Shown: positions 1 to 13,600, numbered from the stretch's first letter. The stretch: DNA of 64,000 bases from Azolla caroliniana (GCA_043228905.1 JBHGNT010000011.1:21204001-21268000); one strand, 5' to 3'. Numbers and translations are program-made. Notes: a model not told the origin generated them from the letters alone.

Positions 1-3000
1 TCATTTTGTACAATTTTTTGCTTCCTTGTATGCTAGCACATGATATGATATGCATCATCACGCCCTCGAGTGGTCCTCACCTCTTTAAGCCTGTTGGGAT
101 TCTAGCCGCCCCCAATTGTTGCTCCCTTCACATAAATGGTGTGTGTAATTTTTTTACAGCCTGAATGATACCCATCTGGGTTACAACAACGACCGAATTA
201 TATCATTTGTGTTACAACGACCGCATGTAATGAATGATGAGATGGACTCCCATATCGTCACCCTTCACATTGGTTGAGTGGTTATTGATTCTCAGATCTA
301 GTCAAAGTTCGTGACAAGATAAAATTGTAGTCTTCTCATTTTTTCACCGAGGCCCACCACATACTAGGTGCTTGTTAATTGCTATCACATTTTATGAATG
401 TCATTACCCTTTTCTCTCCCCTCCTTCAATGTCCCCTTTGCCATCAAGCACTTCTATACACATTAGGCTCTTCCTCTACCCACTTTTCTCTTCGATCTAT
501 TTAGAGTATTTACCTGTCACCAAATAAGTTTAAGAGTGTAGGTGCTAGATTGTACAAGGAAAGTGTTTAATGCTTGGCCTAGAACCTTAACATGGACGGA
601 CTCCATTAGAAGGTGTCACAAAGCAATGTGTACATGGGTTTGGGATCCATTCTATTGTATTATATTGAAAGGTAAGGTGGAACTTTGGGCATCACCTCGC
701 TTCCTGGAGCTCGCATGCGAAAGCCACGTGGATTTAAAGCTTTGCACCATTGTCTGTGACCCTTTACGATATTGAAGCTTTTAGACCCATGTTCATCCTT
801 TTCAAAATGGTGTAGATCCTAACCAAATAGAAAAACTTTGGCTCATAAAAAATGGTTGCTCAATCATGTCCTCGATTTTTCAACAGGAGACCATATTGCA
901 AAGTGTTCCCATATCCCGATGTTGAATGTCGTGTGTACAAATGAAAATAGTCAAAATCTTGTTACATGTAAAAAATCTATAAGACATACATCATGTCACA
1001 ATATATCAACATTTGATTGCTTATTTAAAAGAGCAGCCAACTAGCACCTTACTATGCACACCATTTCCACATGTCTAGCACCATTGGAAGGTATAATATA
1101 CTACAAGAAAATGGCATCAAGTTAATCCTTGAGATATGCGCTTAACTTGATGTATATGTTGGTTGAAGGGTGGGATCTCATGTGTCCTACGGTTAACATC
1201 CCGATGTAAGTAGCCTCAACCAATGAGTGAAGTAAAGGTTTAGGGGTAAAACAAATATGATGTTTAATTCCTCTTTAAGGATTTCCTCTCTTGACTTTGA
1301 ATGGATTATTACTCATCTAAACATATTAGTGCCACAACTAGGAATTTTACTTCAATCCATTCACATAAAATATTTTAGTGATTTACTCGCATAATATCAT
1401 TCATCACCGATAAGAATTTTACATCCATCCATTTACATTGTCACAATTGGAATTTTACGCCCATCTATTTCACATAAGCACAATGCACCCTCCAATGTTC
1501 ATAGAGAAACTGATTTTCAATAATGAAGGGCAATTGAAAATAGACACAAGAAGTCCTTGAACCATATCAGCGTTAGATGTCCATTCCTATTTAGAAAGAA
1601 GACAATTGGAGTGGAGCATTACCCTACAATTGATCCTTGTGTGAGGCAAACTTCCTCACAGGAGGAGGAACGGAAGTCTCATTTTTGTCACTGATCCAAT
1701 GGATGACCGATGTGGTTACAAGAATTCAGGCGAGTAATACACATAAGGTGTCAATTCTTCTACGAGTTATAACTTATCACTAAATGGGCATAGTCTAACC
1801 CTTTTAGGCCACTCTTGTGTAGGACACGAGTCAATACATAAAAGGGGTTTAATTCATCTCGGTAATAAAAGGCAAAGGAAGGAGGTGCATGGACTATGAC
1901 CCTTACTTATTTATGAACCTTATCTTACACACACATACACACAAACCTCATGGGGAAGACATGACTCGTCATCTCTCAATGAGACAATATGAGATGACTT
2001 TTTATTGTTCTTCTTACATCTTCCCATCTCTACTTTTGGAGTATTAAAGTTTGATAAACCTTGGGCTCTGAATTCTGAACTTTTGCCATGCTTATGCGGA
2101 CAAAACTCATTTATTATTCTTGTTATATTTAAAAGTGGGTCTCTCTCTCTCTTACTATATGTCGAATCTAGCCGAATCCTTTCGAAGTTTGAACAGAAAG
2201 TCCACACACATATCTCACTTTACTCGAATCTATTGGATCCTGAACTCTATAGCTAATTTTTTTGTTTTTCTGGGTCGAGAAAAATCAAAGCGCGATATTT
2301 TGTTTTTTATTTCCCAGATCACGTGACAGCTAATTCGTGACACGTGCGCACAACAACACTCTCTCTCATCACAGACTCACACATATTCTCTCTCTACCTC
2401 CCACATATATATGTATATGTATGTATGTGTACATATACATATTCATGTATGTAACATATGCATGTTAGTGTATACATATGTATTGAAACCCCCTATCAAT
2501 CTCATAGGGTTGGTCACCTATACATACCCCATGCACATGGTATATAAAATGTATGTATACACATGCACATGTGCAGTGGTACACATACATTAATGGACAC
2601 ACATAAGGAGTAAAGCGAGCATGCACATGTATGAATGTTGGTAATGCATCTATGTATCTAGCCCATGCACATGGTGTATACATGTACGCATACACATGCA
2701 CATGTGGGGTATACGTATTTCCATATACAATACACACAAAATAACAGATTTTCCTCTCTCTATTTGCGCTGCCATTATATATGTATACAGTATATATATT
2801 ATGTATCCGAAGAGTGTTTTTGTTGTCCCTCTCTTCTCGCCTGGCTCACCCGCTGCCACCTCTCTTTTCCCTTTTCCTTCTGTTTTGTCCAGAGACAAAA
2901 TAATGGACGTTTCACACAGATCTTGCCAGAATTTACACACACATATTTTATCATGAAATTTAGCCTTCTTCATTCATACCTACCCCCCCTACTCCCAACT

Positions 3001-5909
3001 AACCCAACCCCCCTCTACTCCCACCCAAAAGAAAAGAAAAAACAAATCATTTGTACTATAATCCATGAAAAGTTTCCTTCATGTTGATTAGTAAGAACTA
3101 AGATTTTTATCCCCCCACACAATTTGTAAAAAAGATGAAGCGTTTCTTGTGTATGTACGTCTTCTTCCATATGTATTTATGCAAAGATATTGAAAGAGAT
3201 GCCTACACCAAAGAACAATCACTTGTCATCGATAAAGGAGATGTTGATGGAGGCTATAAACGAGTGATCATTCACAAGGCACTCGATGAGGTTTCTAAGG
3301 GCTTGTGTTCTCAAGGAACCACCTTCAATGGATCTTGTAGACTCATGTGTGTTTCCAAGAATCTTGTAAGGAGCTCATATAAGAATGTGCACACATTGTT
3401 GTGGTGTCTTTGTAAGGACCAAGAAAACTTTCTTAAAATAGATTCACCTACATGGAGCTCATCACACTCACACTCAAATGGGTGCATCATACGGTTATAT
3501 AGATGCACACTCACAAGCAACCACCATGATAAAGTTTGTATATTCTACGAGTAGCTAGTATATGAGTGTGTGCACATGTTGGGGAGTAAGGAACCTTAGT
3601 CCAAGCTCCTAATGAAGACTAGTTGCTTCCCTCATCTACAACTTATAAGAATGCACAAGGATGGCTCATTTTCATAATCGTATTGAAGCTTGGTTTAGAA
3701 TTGAAACCTCCTACAATATTGTGTCCCTTTTGTCTCAACAGTACAATGCACCACCATCAGGTTGTACTTGTGGTATTGGTCATTATTATTGGCGTCATAT
3801 TCCATCTTCATATTGTTACCACCATCAATGAGCATGTCCCTTACATCACATTTACAACGAACTACTTTTAACTTCAAAAGATGACACTCTATTGTTATTT
3901 TTTATTTGGACCAAAATAAACCCATGCAGTACAACAATGTTTTGGTCCTATGTAAACTAAAAAGGGATTATCTAAAATTAGGGCATGCAAACAACAATTG
4001 ATAGAAAGTGGCATATGTTTTAATCCTTGTTTAGTATTTTTGTGTGAAAAGTGTATATTGTTGTAATCCGCAAAATCATATTCTAGAATTCACTCATAAT
4101 GTTTGATGATTATCTACTTCATATTAAAATTAGAATTACATATAGAGATTCTTTGCTTTTGTAATCTGTTAACAATCCTCTGTGGATGAAATTGTAGATT
4201 GGTATCCTAATACAATACTTTTTACACCTTATTTTACTTTACTCATTTACAAGCATTCAGAGACTAAACAACCCCTATTATTTTTGTTTAAAATGTATGT
4301 TTGCTAAAATTAAGGGTGACCTTCAACATGCAGAAGAGTTTCATGCCGTATGGGACAACACTATATTTTATACGTAAGAATTTGACATAGTGGAGTGGTT
4401 TTAATGTACAATGAAATTTTTATTTAAGCCGATAGCCAGATCTTAACCTTAGCAAAAAACGAGTGCAATTACTTATATCGAATATTTCGTGTTCAACCTT
4501 AGAGTGTTTCTTAATAATAATGTATTGTCTTTTTCAGAAAAAGAGATAGTAAATGATTATTGTGCCCATTCATATCCATCTAGGACATTCACGTATCTAA
4601 AATGTTTTTTGAAACATTGTCATGCATATATTTGAAAATAGTGTTTACTAAATACAATGAGCTAGTAAGTTAAATTCCTGGTGATCCCTATAACACCATT
4701 TAATATGTTTCAAAAATACATAAAAACGCTCATGCATGGTCATACCCAAGTGGCTATAAAATTTTGGACTTAAATTTTTTCCCCCAATTCATTGGGATGT
4801 CGTGCTTAAAAAAATGCTACATTATCTAATACATGTCCAATATCTAATGTAAAAAGATCAATGGCATACTCACTAATCTAATACATTATAATTAAATTAT
4901 GGTAGTGACCGAAAGCAATTGAAGTGTAAAAGAACTTTATTTGATTGGACATGTATTACATTAGTACTTATGCATAGCAATACATTATTCTTGATTTACA
5001 TAGTCCTTCACATTGTTGATAAAACAAAGTATATTCTTAAAAGGGATTAAAACTACCCTTGTGAGCATTGTTATGAGCATATATAGGTCATAATCAAAGT
5101 TGTCCTTTTACGTATTTCATTGTTGTGTGTGATATCTAAGATCATCTAATGAGGAATAGAAGAATTTACGTCCTTCTCCTATGGAATTACACATTATAAC
5201 CTTCCCACATTAATGAGTCTTGATACATTCAAATAGTTGCAATGAAAACATAAGGTTGATCATGAGGAAAAAGTAAAATATGTCAGTTGGGGGCCCTATT
5301 CAATTAAGTATGTACAATGAAAACATGCAACACAGAAAGTTTAAAAATCTAACTATAAAATTGAGACTAGATGTAAAGTTTTGTAAGATACAAAACCATA
5401 CACATATCTAATACATGACAAAAATGTGATTCCAATGCAATTGAAATAATATGTGATGTTTTATGTGCCAAGGTATTCAATGAGTCGTACATAAGTGAGT
5501 AAGCAAACTACCACATGTTTTATATATTGCATTGGTAGAGACTAATAATTGATAAGAGAATGACAATGGAACTATATTGTGAGCAAGTAGTAAACAATGG
5601 ATAAGCTTGCATGCTCTAAACACCAGTGATATCAAATAAATAATATGAGTTGGAACAAATGTAAGATTTTAGTGGAGTGGCACTAAATTGAGAATTGCGA
5701 AATAAAAACTACCCAAATGACTATATCATTGCAATCTTTGAAAGAAGTCCTAGTTATGAAATAACATGATTAAATATAAGGTCAAGATAGAAAAGTAGCA
5801 ATGGGAAAAATGGATCTTTAAACAATTAGCTCCATTTTTATCTAAATCTACTTTGTTGTTCTATGTGGGCATTCCCTTTTGTCTCCTATGATTTTGATAA
5901 CCCCCTCGT

Positions 5910-6310
5910 TGTCACATAAACGAGCGTGCATGTGCTACTCGAGTGGGACCAAGATATTCTTGGACCAAGGAGGACACATACAAGGAAGGTGTGGACGTTA
6001 GTTGACTTGAAAGCTCTTGAGGGTCGAAGGCTCTCTAGACTCAAAGGCTCTCCAGAGTTGAGGGCCTTCCAAAGGCGAAGGCTTTCCAGACTTGAAGACT
6101 CCTTAGAATCGAAGGCTTGTAGGAGTCAAAGATGTGCTAGAGTCGAACGGAGTGATGAGTCAAACAATGATTAATGCACGAGATGAGGATTAAAATACAC
6201 GGGTAGCACAAGGAACACAAAATTATGACGGGTTTGCACAATATTAAGACATAAAGGAAACTCTTCTCAAGACAAGGCTTTTGTGGTACTCAAACTAAGA
6301 AACTACCAAA
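5910..6310 (-). mobile_element. Truncated, diverged LTR fragment of the Trp-PBS gypsy (TW) family
   Basis: Starts TGTCAC..gagtgggacc..cttggaccaagg, resembling the TW LTR end (tgtcgcg..gaggcgggacc..cttggtccgagg at 20906); preceded by TCGT; contains a degenerate ~19-bp tandem repeat (~6005-6125). Right boundary approximate. Confidence 0.5.
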
Positions 6311-7015
6311 TCAAGACTCGAGCCACCTTCTTGTTTCCTCCCTCCGGGTCGGAGCCAACTCAGCCCTTGTCTCCGCAATCAGACCAACTGTTGTTGGCCC
6401 CATGTTTTTCCAATTTCGCCGCTTGTCGATACGGTTGCATACTCCTTTAACCGCGGTCCAGTAGACTGTGAGCCCTTCGTCCGTTTTCAAGAGGAGGCCC
6501 AGGTTATCGTGATCGAGTGAGTTGACCGACTTAACAAACAACAGAACCTTGCTCGTATCAAGCATGGTTCGGTCTAGTGTCGAGAGTCACGCGAACCGCG
6601 ACTCGAACTCGTGAAGGAGCGCCGATGCGTTCCGGTCTTTGCCGGGGCGCTCGACCCAATCTATGAAATCTTTCTTCGACAGTTGGAGAGAATCATCGAA
6701 GTCATACTTCTAGAGCAGCCACCCCTCGAAGTCTGCCCAATTACGGTAGTCCGCTTGCACTTCGAGCACCTCCGCATGGATGCTCGGCGTTACGACCCGA
6801 GGGAATCCGGACAGACGACTGTCCTCCGGAATATTCCTCATCAACATCTCGGCCCTGTAGGCCTCCAGGTAGCTTGTTGCGTCTTTCCCATTAAACCGGC
6901 CTATCTTGCCGACCATCATTTCTATGGTCATATCAAGGGCGCTCATGCCCTTGCGAGCATTAACTAGGCGGTCTACAGCCACCGTCATTGCTTCAGCAAG
7001 TTCGCTTCCTCTCAT
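6311..7015 (-). pseudogene. gag: gag N-terminal fragment of F (stop at 6710, truncated ~6320)
   Basis: MRGSELAEAMTVAVDRLV..IGRFNGKDAT..LDTSKVLLFVKSV aligns with Gag of A and B. Confidence 0.85.
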
Positions 7016-7475
7016 CTTCGGACTCTTCTGCTGCCCCTTTCACGTCGGGTTCACCAAAGATGACGCGGGTTTCTGTGAGTAAGTGTTGAAACGGGTAGGA
7101 CCACGTCTCGAACCAAGGAGTCGGAGAGAGTAGGAAGAGCAACTGTGACGGTGTGCCTGGTGGGTTACCGGAAGTGGGACAACAAGTGTGTAGGTTTGCG
7201 GAAGGAACCGTGTCACGCAATTCACAAGTAGAGCAGGAAACTAGTTACAAAGAAACATAAGTAGAGATGAAAACCCGAAACGAGAAGAGATCGACCCAAA
7301 CAATCGAAATGAATAGATTAAGGTAAGCAGAATACAATGGGGCTCGGCTAGTAGCAGAGCCGTATGCTCTACAAAACACACCCCCACCCACACATGCACA
7401 TAGGCAGATCAAGGAGGCTTTGGTCGGGAGCTCACGTGCTTCCTGTGTGAGCAGAGGCTTCCTTTCAGAATCGTA

Positions 7476-7480
<5 letters not shown>

Positions 7481-7546
<66 letters not shown>
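7481..7546 (+). repeat. (GA)33 microsatellite inside the F LTR
   Basis: Pure GA run. Confidence 0.95.
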
Positions 7547-7549
<3 letters not shown>

Positions 7550-7996
7550 CGGCCCCGAAATCGACAACAGTTCGTCCTCCCCAAAATTGGATGCCCAAAA
7601 CAGGCTCAAGCCTCCCCTTTTATAACACAAGGGGAGACTGTTACATGGCGATCGGTGTCAGAGATCCCCCCCCCCCCCCCCCATTGATTTCTTCACATCA
7701 AATATCCACATTCTCTCTATGTGTGGTGTTACACTTACATGTTCCTCGAGTAGCTTTGATGTGAACCATTTTCCCTATACATGGGCAGTTTTTACTCAGT
7801 GCTGGCTCGAGGTTTTTTCCCCATGTTACCACATACATGAGTCACTCATATGTGGTGGTACTTAGTACTTAGGGATATATATTTCAGCTCTTACTAGGTT
7901 TGTATTATTCATCAATAGAGAGAGCTATTCCAACTATTGCCTTCTTTGTGTGAGTGTTTCTTGTGTGTCTCTCACTCTTCCTCACACACCCAATAG

Positions 7997-8008
7997 TGGT
8001 ATCAGAGC
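7997..8008 (+). promoter_or_regulatory. tRNA-iMet primer binding site of J
   Basis: TGGTATCAGAGC. Confidence 0.9.
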
Positions 8009-8052
8009 AAGTTCTTCATCCTCTCCATCTTCGGTTGTCCGCGTCGCGGTGT

Positions 8053-9234
8053 TGTCGTGAAAATCTGTCACTATGTGCTGATCGTGAGGCGGAACTGCTA
8101 GGGTTCTAGACCGAAGGGATTTGAAGTTTGTACTAGCTTTAGCGAGACAATATTTAAGATAGATTGAGAGAGATTGATATGGAGAGAGAGTGATTGAGAT
8201 AAGGATTAAACGCTTAACTTTAGATTTGAGAGACAAGATACATCACCAATAGGATAATTTGATTTATTATTATTAATTTCTTGCCAATTTCTTCATTAGC
8301 CCCATCTTGCTTGACCTCCATTCTTTTATAGATCCCCCCATGCATATGATGCATAGGAGGGTGCAAGACATGCACGTAACGCATGCGATCCATGTTTGCC
8401 ATGTGACTCATCCAAGCTCTCATGTATGAGATTTTACATATGAAAACTACAATGATAAAAATACATCTCCAAAGTTATGACTTAGCTTAGTGGTAAGTCA
8501 TGTGGCTCTTATGTAGGAGGTGCAAGGTTCAAGTTCTTATTTACACATCCCCATAAACACAAAATTTTACAAGGCTTTAGTCTTGTATTTACATATATTT
8601 TACTACATATTATATCTTTAGTCGACCTCCAATGAACCGATGGAACATTTAGACAATTTTGTTCGTTTCACACCGAAAAATCTTCAAGACACAGTGCGTC
8701 GCAATCAACCTATTCAACTGATCTGTTTGTCTGATCCCGTCCGTCTCGACCAGTTCGATCCGCATTTCGTCCGATCCGGTTTTGTCACCGGTTCCGTTGC
8801 CGTCCGTCCGGTCCGGATGCATACGTCGCCGTCCAAAACCAATTTGAACAACTTGGCCACATCCATTCGACCAAGTTACACAATCGAACGTTTTTGTGCT
8901 CTTAACACATACATAAAAAATAGGGAGATATGGCTCTACTTATATACTCTTGATTCCTATTGTTGTCCTATCTATGTGGGATATCTAACAACTTTGTTTT
9001 CCTCTTCTTCTTCTCAAACTTCACACTCACATAACTTGACACTAAGTTGTCCGTTTCACATGTCGTAAAATGCATTCGGAAGCTCTTGAAGACATCCATC
9101 TTTTTGTACCAAGATATTAAACTAATATAAAATAGTATCTTCACTATTATTGTTTCATATTGTGTGTGAAGAACTACACTCGATTTTGTACATTTCATGC
9201 AATTTTCACACCGTTATCGAAAATCTTCACGACA
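8053..9234 (-). mobile_element. Solo LTR (~1182 bp) of a TW-related family in the leader of J
   Basis: Termini TGTCGTGAAAAT...ATCTTCACGACA; family motif gaggcggaactgc..gggttct; CTTTTATAG TATA at ~8324; right end matches the D LTR end; flanks GTGT/ACGC (decayed TSD). Confidence 0.7.
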
Positions 9235-9459
9235 ACGCGAGCACACTTTTATCTGTGCAAATCAAGTTCCAAATATAAAGAAGTGTATTTCAGCACTCGG
9301 AGGCCATTTTTAGTAGGTGCCCTATTGTTTTACCCCCATTTCGAAGCCATTCGTGTAGTCAAAATTGCCATCTGAGTGATAGTTTGTGAGTTGCAATTTC
9401 AACACTCATTTCAGATTTTGTTGAGGTAAGATTTTGCCACTTTCTTGTTATTTGGTAAA

Positions 9460-9828
9460 ATGGCAAACAAAGGTGACTTATTTGGCATGCTTCAAGCTGA
9501 AGATAAGCTTGATGGGACTAACTATCCAATGTGGTCCTACATGATGAAACACGTTCTTGGTGCCAAACAACTATGGAACATAGTGGTTGATGTAGATCGG
9601 CGCCCCACCGGTCCTACTACTTCACAGTCAACTGTCACAGATATAGGTTCATCTTCAAGCATAGTGACTTCAAACTCCACCCACACAAGAGCAACTTAGA
9701 TGGGATGGAAAAGATGCTCAAGCTCATGCATTGATTGCACTTTCTGTGAAGCGTCATATAGTTCCACATATTCGGTCATGCTCTACGTCCAAACAAGCAT
9801 GGGACACTCTTGCTTCATTGTATGCCGT
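9460..9828 (+). pseudogene. gag: copia J gag, 5' segment (stop at 9697)
   Basis: Copia Gag N-terminal motif; continues at 17135. Confidence 0.85.
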
Positions 9829-10618
9829 TGTCGTGTTATTACGCAAGTGCGTGTGGAAACGAGGCGGGACCGCGGGGGTCTCGAACCAAAGAGCAAGCGA
9901 GGGAGGAGAAAGAGAGAGAACCGGCTACGCAGGACCGGGGATACACAGGGACACGGCCCTTCAGCACGGAGAACGCGAACGAACACCGACACAGACAGAT
10001 GCGAATGACTAAATATATATATTAAGAATGGCTAACACGACTACAACCCTCGATGGGGCACAGGTTGGTTACAACCGAGCAGGCCGGCGAACAGATGCCG
10101 ATGCCTGTTCGCTTCGACGCACAAAGGGGGTAGCTGGTCGGAGGTGCTGCCGGAAGCACTCGGGCGTTCCTCGAAACAGCGCGAGCCTCCTCGGAACCCT
10201 GCACAGAAAGCTATGGAGCTCAAGAAGGAAGGAAACAGAGAGCGAAGCGTCCAGAAACGGTCCGACAGCACTTCCTCCTCTCTGCGCGAGATCCCTGCAA
10301 TAGCTCTTTCCTGCTCCTTATATAGGCCGACGAGCAGGCCGTCATGTCAGCTTTATTCCCTGTCCCTTTTGGACAGGGATTCGCTTCGTCCTTCACGCAT
10401 CCGGGTAGTTACGCCGCCGACTCGTACAGTTCCTTCGCTCGCGCGCGCGACCGAAAAGACTGTTCGCGCGGTCTTTGTCTCCACTTGTGTTAGGGCCCGT
10501 TCCCGCCGATTATCCTCCTAATTCGCTTCTATGTACAACTCGGAGCGTGCGCGCGTGAAGAACCGGTTCCCACGCCTTGGTGCGCCGATTCCGCCTATGG
10601 ACGGTTTTCTTCACGACA
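9829..10618 (-). repeat. 3' LTR of A
   Basis: Direct repeat of 16341-17130. Confidence 0.97.
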
Positions 10619-13600
10619 TCCGCCCCCACCTAACCGTGCATCCTCCGGTATGCACCAAGAGAGCTGGGACGGAGAAAACCGGCCCGTCTTCATTTCTTCG
10701 CCCGTCGGTTCTTCCTCGTTTTCGGATCTTTCGTCACTGCTGACTAGGAGAGCTGGGTCTGGCTCGTCGTCGTGTCGCTTCTTGAACGCTTTGATCCGCT
10801 TCCCTGCAACCGGTATCGCCATTCTCGTGCCGTCTAGTTCCGCCAGGTGATATGTCCCGTTGTCATTGGTGCTCCGCACCACGTAAGGCCCGAACCACCT
10901 TCGTGCGAACTTCCGTGTAGCTCGGTGCTGGTTGTCGAGGCTGCTGTCGTAGACGAGCACCCAGTCACCTTCGTCGATTTTCTTCGGTCGGAGCCGGTGC
11001 GTTCGGTCGAACCGGGCTTTGTTCTTTGTCCTCGCCACCCGGAGCTTCTCCGCAGCCAGTGCCACGTCCTCCGGTCTCCGCTCAAGCTGTCGTATACGTG
11101 CGGCCAACAACTCCTCCCGGCTCATCTCGTCCCTCCAGTCGACCGTTGCCCACGAGGAGATCGTCCGTTCTATCGGCATGATCGGCTTCTGGCCGAACAT
11201 GAGCTCCGTCGGCATGTACCCGGTTACCGAACTGTGCGTGGTCCGGTCTGCCCACAAAGCATAAGGTAGCAGCCGCGGCCAGTTTCCGACTTGGCCTCCG
11301 CATGCTCGAACCAGCGCCTTGACGATCGGTCCGTGTCCGCGCTCCACCTTTCCATTCGCCTCCGGATTGTACGCAGTGGTGAGCGAGAGCTTGACTCCAA
11401 GCCGGTCGAACAACTCCGCGGCTTCTTCGGCGTCCAACTCCCCTCGGTCAGCCACAATCTTCCCGACGCACCCGTACCGGCATATCACGTCCTCGATTAG
11501 GAACCGACATACGGCCGCGGTCGTTTTGTTCGGAAGGGCCCGGCCTTCCACCTGGTTCGTCAGATCCTCCCGTGCTAGGACCAGGTACCGCATCTGCCCT
11601 ACCCCCATTGGCATCGTCACCAGATCTACCATCCATTTGAAGTGGATGGTCGGAGGGTACGTAGGGTGAAGCTCGTCCCGGTGTCGGACCACGGAGTGCA
11701 TCTGACAGCTCTCGCAAGTTGTCACTAATCGGTGCACGTCCTGGTACAGTCCCGGCCACCAGTACTTCTCCTTTATCTTCTCGAACGTGGCCCAAGTTCC
11801 ACGGTGTCCGGCCCAAGGGCTGTCGTGGTAGGCCGCCAGCAGCTCCTCCTGTTCTTCCTTCATCGCCACCACCCGGGGCGGAGCGCCGTCCCTCTTCTTC
11901 GGGTGTTTCCATAGATAGCCATCCCGGAGAAAGAACCGGTACGCTTTCTTCCGGATCCGGTTGGCCTCGTCCTTCGTCCATGACGCATCGGGCGTCATTG
12001 TCTTCAAAAACCCACCGATCTGCAGCCACTCCCCGTCGTACTTGCTCGCGTCGAAGTCGTTAAGCGCCGAAGGGCTTGTTCCGTCGGTTGTTACATACGC
12101 AGTCTCGAAGAAGTCCACGCCGACCTCTTCGTCCTCCGAAACCATGCCGCCCTCGTCATCGAATCTCGCCCTTGAAAGCATGTCGGCCATGGCGTTGTCT
12201 TTCCCGGAAATGTGTCGTATTTCCGGGTCCAGGGACTTGATGTACGCTATCCACCTGAGCATTGCCAGGTCCGGTGTCGCGCATCCGGAAACCATGCCGA
12301 GAATCGGCATGCAATCCGTCTCTATGATTACCTCTGTCCCGATCAGATAGTCCTTGTCAGCCTTCACCGCCGAAACGATACCCCAGAGTTCGCGTTTAAC
12401 CTGGGCGTATCCTCGCTGCCGTTCGCTGAGGACCTTCGCGCCGAATCGGATCGGAAACCGATCGCCGTCCTCGTCTTCTTGGTTGACGACCCACCCGATT
12501 CCGGTCGGACTCGTGTCAACCGTTATGTACACTGGGGTGCCCTTCCTGTAGACGGCCTTTCGGAGCGCCGGTGCTGCCGAAAGAGCCTCCTTCAGCTTCC
12601 GGACCGACTCCGTGTGCTTGTCTAGCCATTCGAATCTTCGCCCTTTCTTCAATAATCCGTACAGCGGCTCCGCGACGTGCGCGTAATGCGGGATCCATAT
12701 GTGGTAGAAGGCGCATGCTCCCAAGAATCTTCGTACTTCCGTGACCGAGCTGCAATCAGGCTTCATCGCGGAGATGGCTTCTATCTTTGCCGGAGACGGT
12801 TTCCGGCCATATGGTCCACATAAATGTCCGACCACCATGATTTCCGACTGCCCGAACGCTGACTTCTCCCCCGAGAAGGTGAGCCTCGCATCCTCTAGCC
12901 TTTGCAGCACCTTCTCGCAGTCGTCGATGTGCGTCACCACGAATCGCCGGCATCCGTCCGGCCCGATCGTCTCGTCCTTCTCTTCTACCGGGCATCCCTT
13001 GATCGGGATGTCGTCTAGAAACGGCATGGTGATGTCCGGGATGCAGTCCCTCAGCACCTTGTTCATTGCATTCACCATGTGGGCCACCGAGTTGGTCCCT
13101 CCTTGCGGCAACGTACACATCCGCACTAGGCCGAGGGGAGTTCGCATCGTCGTAATGTCTCTGCTCTCCACGGCTAGCTGGAACTGGTCGTACCCTGAGT
13201 ATAGATCACCGACCGAGTAAATCGACCTTCCGGCGAAGGCCTCCGCGAACTCGTCTATGGTCGGTCCGATCCCTGCGTTCCGAATGGTCACCCTATTGAC
13301 CGGTTGCAAGTCCTGAATGAAGCGCAATGATCCGTTTTTCTTTGGTACGGTAAACCATCGGTTTGAATACGGGGCGCTCGATGGCTCGAGAATGCCCATC
13401 TCAACTTTCTGCTTCAACAGCTCCATCAACTTCGGGATGTGAGCTCTCGGAACCGGAATTGGCTTGAGATTCCACGGTACATGCGGTACCGTGAATATCA
13501 CCATCGGCTCTACGGTCGTCGGGTCTACGCACCCGATTTCCTCCGGTGAGAATGCGAAGGCTTTCCCGTGCCTTCCGAGCATCCCCCGAAATCGGTCTTC

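Larger units (their letters stand above)
6311..7828 (-). mobile_element. TW gypsy remnant F (5' LTR ~7061-7828, PBS, truncated gag)
   Basis: Trp PBS 7039-7056 followed by TGACGCGGG at 7061; decayed inverted end CCCATGTTA at ~7828; gag homology to A and B. Confidence 0.75.

Noticed and set aside
2400-2810. ORFs in the TACA/TGTA-rich tract
   Set aside because: Low-complexity alternating purine-pyrimidine sequence; ORFs are spurious.
3100-3900. Degraded DNA-transposon or gene remnant
   Set aside because: Short ORFs with no motif I can identify confidently; needs a translated search.
6005-6125. CRISPR-like array
   Set aside because: Degenerate head-to-tail repeats without unique spacers or cas genes, in a eukaryotic LTR context.
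7039-7056. tRNA-Trp gene fragments (four copies)
   Set aside because: Only 18 nt including CCA, always 4 nt from an LTR: these are primer binding sites, not tRNA genes.
8053-9234. MITE or DNA transposon with 12-bp TIRs
   Set aside because: Termini, internal U5 motif and TATA match TW LTRs, so a solo LTR is the better explanation.
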